Shown here piece after piece: positions 60,911-64,000 of a DNA stretch of 64,000 nucleotides. The stretch lies in assembly GCA_049322475.1 (NCBI GenBank), contig JBMOQZ010000244.1, positions 21,600-85,599 of the forward strand, given 5' to 3'. The stretch is from Myxococcota bacterium. GTDB lineage: Bacteria > Myxococcota_A > UBA796 > SXON01. The stretch's first letter is position 1. Each line of letters starts with the position of its first letter. Under the pieces are notes generated by a model, which had not been told where the DNA came from, made no database searches, and saw only the letters and a program-made list of their open reading frames with translations. The position numbers and the translations under genes were made by a program.

Positions 60911-61822
60911 TCAGAACGCGACGACGTTCACACCCGTCGTCATCGACACATTCTCCGCGTACATCGGGTCCCCGACCACCTGCCACACCGGCACCTGGAC
61001 ACGCGCGACGAGGGTGACGGAGCGGTCGCCCTTGCCCCACACGTTCCACCCCGCGCCGAGCGAGGCGTCGATCGCGGTGGACCCCGTGTTCCTGTAGACC
61101 AGCGCGTCCTGGCGGTCGGTCCCCTGCACCTGGAGGAGCCCGAGGCCGGTGAACGACACGCGCCCGTTCTCCCTGGGGGACCAGCGCGCGCCGATCGCGA
61201 TGTTGCCGCCCGAACCGACGACGTAGCCGTCCGGGGGCACGAACAACGTCGGGGTCGCCCCCGCCGCGGCGAGCAGGGCCGTGCGCGCGCTGACCTTCCG
61301 CGAGGCCTGGAGCCCGAGCAGGCCGCCGACGGCGCCCTTGCCCGCGCGCACCGGCGTGTCCTCGACGACCTTGCCGGTCGGCAGCGTGGCGCCGACCTGC
61401 GCGCCGACGAAGGTGCGCTTGTCCTTGCCGACCCAGCCCCACCGGACGCCCACGCTCGCGTCCGCGAGCGAGCTGGAGTCGACGTCGCCGGGCATCTCCG
61501 ACGGTGCGGCGTGGCGGATGTCGATCCACGGCAAGGCGCCCGTGATGGAGAACCCGGCAGGGAGGCCCACGCTCGCGTTCAGCGTGGCCGAGTTCACGAC
61601 GTGCGGTGGCATGTACATGCCCGCCATGCTGTCGCCGTGGAGATCGGTGACCGAGAAGCCGCGCCACCCGGTGGTGTCTCCGGACAGGCCGATCCCATAG
61701 TCGAGGCTGAACACCCCCTCGCCCGGCCGCGTGACGGCGCCGGTGGGGAGCGCCACGTTCCGGGCGCACACGCAGGCCTGTGCCGCGGCCTCGCCCGAGA
61801 GCGCCAACGTCAGCGCGATCAA
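60911..61822 (-). CDS. Putative outer-membrane beta-barrel transporter with N-terminal CxC
   Basis: Signal ...AAAQA-CVC, LPTG turns, alternating beta strands, terminal F; HGDSMAGMYM loop. Confidence 0.7.
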   Translation of the reverse strand: MIALTLALSGEAAAQACVCARNVALPTGAVTRPGEGVFSLDYGIGLSGDTTGWRGFSVTDLHGDSMAGMYMPPHVVNSATLNASVGLPAGFSITGALPWIDIRHAAPSEMPGDVDSSSLADASVGVRWGWVGKDKRTFVGAQVGATLPTGKVVEDTPVRAGKGAVGGLLGLQASRKVSARTALLAAAGATPTLFVPPDGYVVGSGGNIAIGARWSPRENGRVSFTGLGLLQVQGTDRQDALVYRNTGSTAIDASLGAGWNVWGKGDRSVTLVARVQVPVWQVVGDPMYAENVSMTTGVNVVAF

Positions 61823-62142
61823 GCGAGCACCCCGGCCGCGAACGCGTTCGCTCCGTCCTCGTCGAGCCCCGCGGCGTGGGCAAGCTCGTGCAGCGAGGTC
61901 CAGGCGAGCGTGAGCGGGTCGGCGAAGGCGGCCGGGAAGAGGGTCACCAACCCGGCCACGTGTCGCCCGCGGGCCCCGGGGCGCGCGCGCGACCCCCGTG
62001 GGGCCTCCACCACCTCGCACACCACGCCGAGGCGCTCCCGCGCCAGCGCGATCGCGCGGGCGACGATCGCGTCGGCGTCGTCGGGCGTCACGCCGAGGCG
62101 CGCGACGCGCTCGGCGCCACGGGTCCCGCGGAGGCGCGTCAC
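61819..62142 (-). CDS. Small HExxH protein
   Basis: LHELAHAAG...ANAFA; overlaps both neighbours. Confidence 0.55.
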   Translation of the reverse strand: MTRLRGTRGAERVARLGVTPDDADAIVARAIALARERLGVVCEVVEAPRGSRARPGARGRHVAGLVTLFPAAFADPLTLAWTSLHELAHAAGLDEDGANAFAAGVLA

Positions 62143-62621
62143 TTCGGTGTCGCGGCCTTCACGGCCGCCTTCATGGAGGTCCCCTCCCCGCACTCGGGCA
62201 TCGACCGGCCCATGTACGGGTTGCCGATGCCGGTCGCGCTCTGGATCCAGTAGGCGTAGCCGGTCGTGATCATCGGGCAGTGGTACGCGTACACCTTCGG
62301 GCCCCCGGCGGCGGAGATTCGCAGCACGAGCGCGCGGGACAGCTCTCCGAACGCGGCGCGGCGAGCGGCCTCGTCCGTCGCGCCGGCGACCTTGCCCGCG
62401 AGGAGGGCGATCTCCGGGTCGGCAAGACCGGCGAGCAGGCGCGCGCTGGCCGCAGCGTCGGCGTGACGGTCCTCGACGAGCGCCTCGCGGGTAGCGTCGT
62501 ACGCGTCGAGCCAAGCCGCGGGGACCGGAGCGTTCGCCACCGCGCTGGCGCCCGGGGTGCCGTCGGCGGCGACCGCCCGGGACGGCGCGAGCGCGAACAG
62601 GAGCAGGACCAGCATGGACAC
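62139..62621 (-). CDS. DUF3347 periplasmic metal-binding protein
   Basis: RAAFGELS, YHCPM, W, IGNPYMGRSMPECG. Confidence 0.85.
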   Translation of the reverse strand: MSMLVLLLFALAPSRAVAADGTPGASAVANAPVPAAWLDAYDATREALVEDRHADAAASARLLAGLADPEIALLAGKVAGATDEAARRAAFGELSRALVLRISAAGGPKVYAYHCPMITTGYAYWIQSATGIGNPYMGRSMPECGEGTSMKAAVKAATPK

Positions 62622-62637
62622 GACCCCGTGGGGCGTG

Positions 62638-62671
62638 ACGATACCCCTACCGGGTTACGGTAGCAACCGAT
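62638..62671 (-). promoter_or_regulatory. Second CsoR-type operator/promoter driving the DUF3347 operon
   Basis: Minus strand ATCGG-TTGCTA-ccgTAACCCggtaGGG-TATCGT, a near copy of 54411-54444. Confidence 0.75.
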
Positions 62672-62687
62672 CGTCCGGAGGTCAGCC

Positions 62688-63065
62688 ATGTCGCGTTTCA
62701 CGCTCCTCGCGCTGCTCGCCGCCTGCCCCGGCGGGACCGCGGACTCCGAGCCGCTGAAGGGTGGTGAGACGTGCACCGCGCTGACGACCGGGACCTGGAC
62801 CTTCACCGGTCCGGCCTGGGGCATGGGGGACAACCCGATGGACGGAGACGTCGCGATGGACGCGGAGTCGTGCACCTTCACGCTGGGCGAGTGGGACATG
62901 GTGATGGACGACCTACCCGCGGGCGGCGCGGTCGACGGCGACCAGGTCACGCTGGACGGTCTCAATTCCTACTGGCGGAGCTGCCTGGGGACGGCGACGG
63001 AGACCACCGTCTCGGGCGTGTGCGAGGACGACGGGCTGGCGTTCGAGATGGCGTTCGCGGAGTAG
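62688..63065 (+). CDS. Small Cys/Met-containing beta-rich lipoprotein
   Basis: GGAGG RBS; LAAC; GDQV...SCLGT....VSGVC. Confidence 0.75.
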   Translation: MSRFTLLALLAACPGGTADSEPLKGGETCTALTTGTWTFTGPAWGMGDNPMDGDVAMDAESCTFTLGEWDMVMDDLPAGGAVDGDQVTLDGLNSYWRSCLGTATETTVSGVCEDDGLAFEMAFAE

Positions 63066-63163
63066 CGATGGCGTCCTCCTCGCCCACGGTCAGCTCCGCT
63101 GCCGGCGATGGCCGCGATCGCGGCCCTTTGCGAGCGGGAGCTCCGGCGGAGGTCGGCGGCGTA

Positions 63164-63180
63164 GTGACATGGGTGGTCAC
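63164..63180. promoter_or_regulatory. GTGAC-N7-GTCAC palindrome
   Basis: GTGAC-atgggtg-GTCAC upstream of 63234. Confidence 0.5.
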
Positions 63181-63233
63181 ACTGGCGTCGAAGTCCCGCC
63201 AATCGTAGTGTTGGCTCGCTCCCGAGGCCGCCT

Positions 63234-63644
63234 TTGTTCACTCTCCTGCTCCTCGTCGCCTGTGGCACGCCCGGCGACGACGGTTCGACCAAAGATTCTG
63301 CCGACACCGACACCGACGCCGACACCGACACCGACACCGAGGCCGACACCGACACTACCGGCTCGGCCTGCGACCCGATGTCCTCCGGCGAGGACTGGGC
63401 GTGGCAGGGCGAGTGCCCCCAGATGACGACGCCGTGCGAGATCGTGGTCGATGGGTGCAACGTCACCATCGACTACAGCTCGGGCATGACCATGGGCATG
63501 CCCTACGCGGCGACGATCTCCGGCGACCAGGTGGTCTTCGAGAACGGCGACTCGGTCCGGAGCTGCGTCGGGACCCTCGAGGATCCCGATACGATCAGCG
63601 GCACCTGCCGCGACGGCGGGTGCAGCTTCACGCTGACGCGGTAG
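63234..63644 (+). CDS. Lipoprotein with Asp-Thr linker, similar to 62688-63065
   Basis: LVAC; DTDTDADTDTD; GMTMGM; GDQV...SCVGT....ISGTC. Confidence 0.75.
   Translation: MFTLLLLVACGTPGDDGSTKDSADTDTDADTDTDTEADTDTTGSACDPMSSGEDWAWQGECPQMTTPCEIVVDGCNVTIDYSSGMTMGMPYAATISGDQVVFENGDSVRSCVGTLEDPDTISGTCRDGGCSFTLTR
63301..63358 (+). repeat. 6-bp tandem repeat (CCGACA) encoding the Asp-Thr linker
   Basis: ccgaca ccgaca ccgacg ccgaca ccgaca ccgaca... Confidence 0.85.
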
Positions 63645-63656
63645 CGAGGGCGGTCG

Positions 63657-64000
63657 CTATTTCGCGATCGCCGGCGCGCGCGAGAAGGCCTGGCACGCGC
63701 GCTCGGCGGCGCGACAGGACTGGGCGCACAGCTTGCAGTGCTCCATCGTCGCGTGTCTCTCACACTCGGTCGCGCACGCCGCGCAGGCGGCTTCACAGGC
63801 GCGGACGAGCGCCTCCACGACCTTCCAGTCCGTAGCCGTCGCGCGGGAGAGGACGGCCGCCGTGGCCGCGCAAACGTCGGCGCAGTCCTGGTTCAGGCGG
63901 ATGCAACGGGTGAGGACCTCCCCCTTGTTCTCCGCCAGGCAGGCGTCCGCGCACGTGACACACGCCTGGGCACAGTCGAGACAGGCGTTGATGCAATCGA
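63657..64000 (-). CDS. Cys-rich four-helix-bundle copper storage protein (Csp3/DUF326-like); 5' end lies outside the window
   Basis: Hand translation: DCINACLDCAQACVTCADAC...CIRLNQDCADVC...CEAACAACATEC..H..MEHCKLCAQSCRAAERAC; not in the ORF track. Confidence 0.9.
   Translation of the reverse strand, partial: DCINACLDCAQACVTCADACLAENKGEVLTRCIRLNQDCADVCAATAAVLSRATATDWKVVEALVRACEAACAACATECERHATMEHCKLCAQSCRAAERACQAFSRAPAIAK

Noticed and set aside
63301-63358. Repeat array as CRISPR
   Set aside because: It is a 6-bp coding tandem repeat (Asp-Thr linker) with no spacers or cas genes

Overview
This is a very GC-rich bacterial window that looks like Myxococcota/Deltaproteobacteria, inferred from the FHA-GAF-sigma54 activator, Hanks kinases and many short-signal lipoproteins. 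Most long ORFs in the supplied track are shadow frames. Family assignments come from visible motifs plus recalled family knowledge, and no searches were run. Layout: (1) 1-7.3 kb, signalling genes (EAL, Ser/Thr kinase, lipoproteins, FHA-GAF-sigma54 activator). (2) 7.4-15.7 kb, accessory DNA with an intact tyrosine integrase and a 'degenerate integrase/PglZ-tail fusion + BrxD-like ATPase + BrxHI-like helicase' operon. (3) 16-31 kb, an HTTM/gamma-carboxylase gene split by a complete IS21 element (5-bp AGGGT duplication), a GT-C/TPR gene, two-component genes, and a sigma54-driven TlpA / VKOR-DsbA-FGE / TlpA operon. (4) 31-38.7 kb, accessory DNA including WYL + mini GIY-YIG + kinase. (5) 38.7-64 kb, a large copper/metal island. 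It holds DUF305, a Met/His-rich lipoprotein, a Cyc2-like cytochrome-porin heading a Rieske/cyt b/octaheme operon, a multicopper oxidase, DUF3347 and a Csp-like storage protein. It also holds a CsoR-controlled CopA operon whose accessory genes resemble ferrosome (fez) operons. A GTGAC-N7-GTCAC palindrome recurs in intergenic DNA across the island. No rRNA, intact tRNA or CRISPR array was seen.
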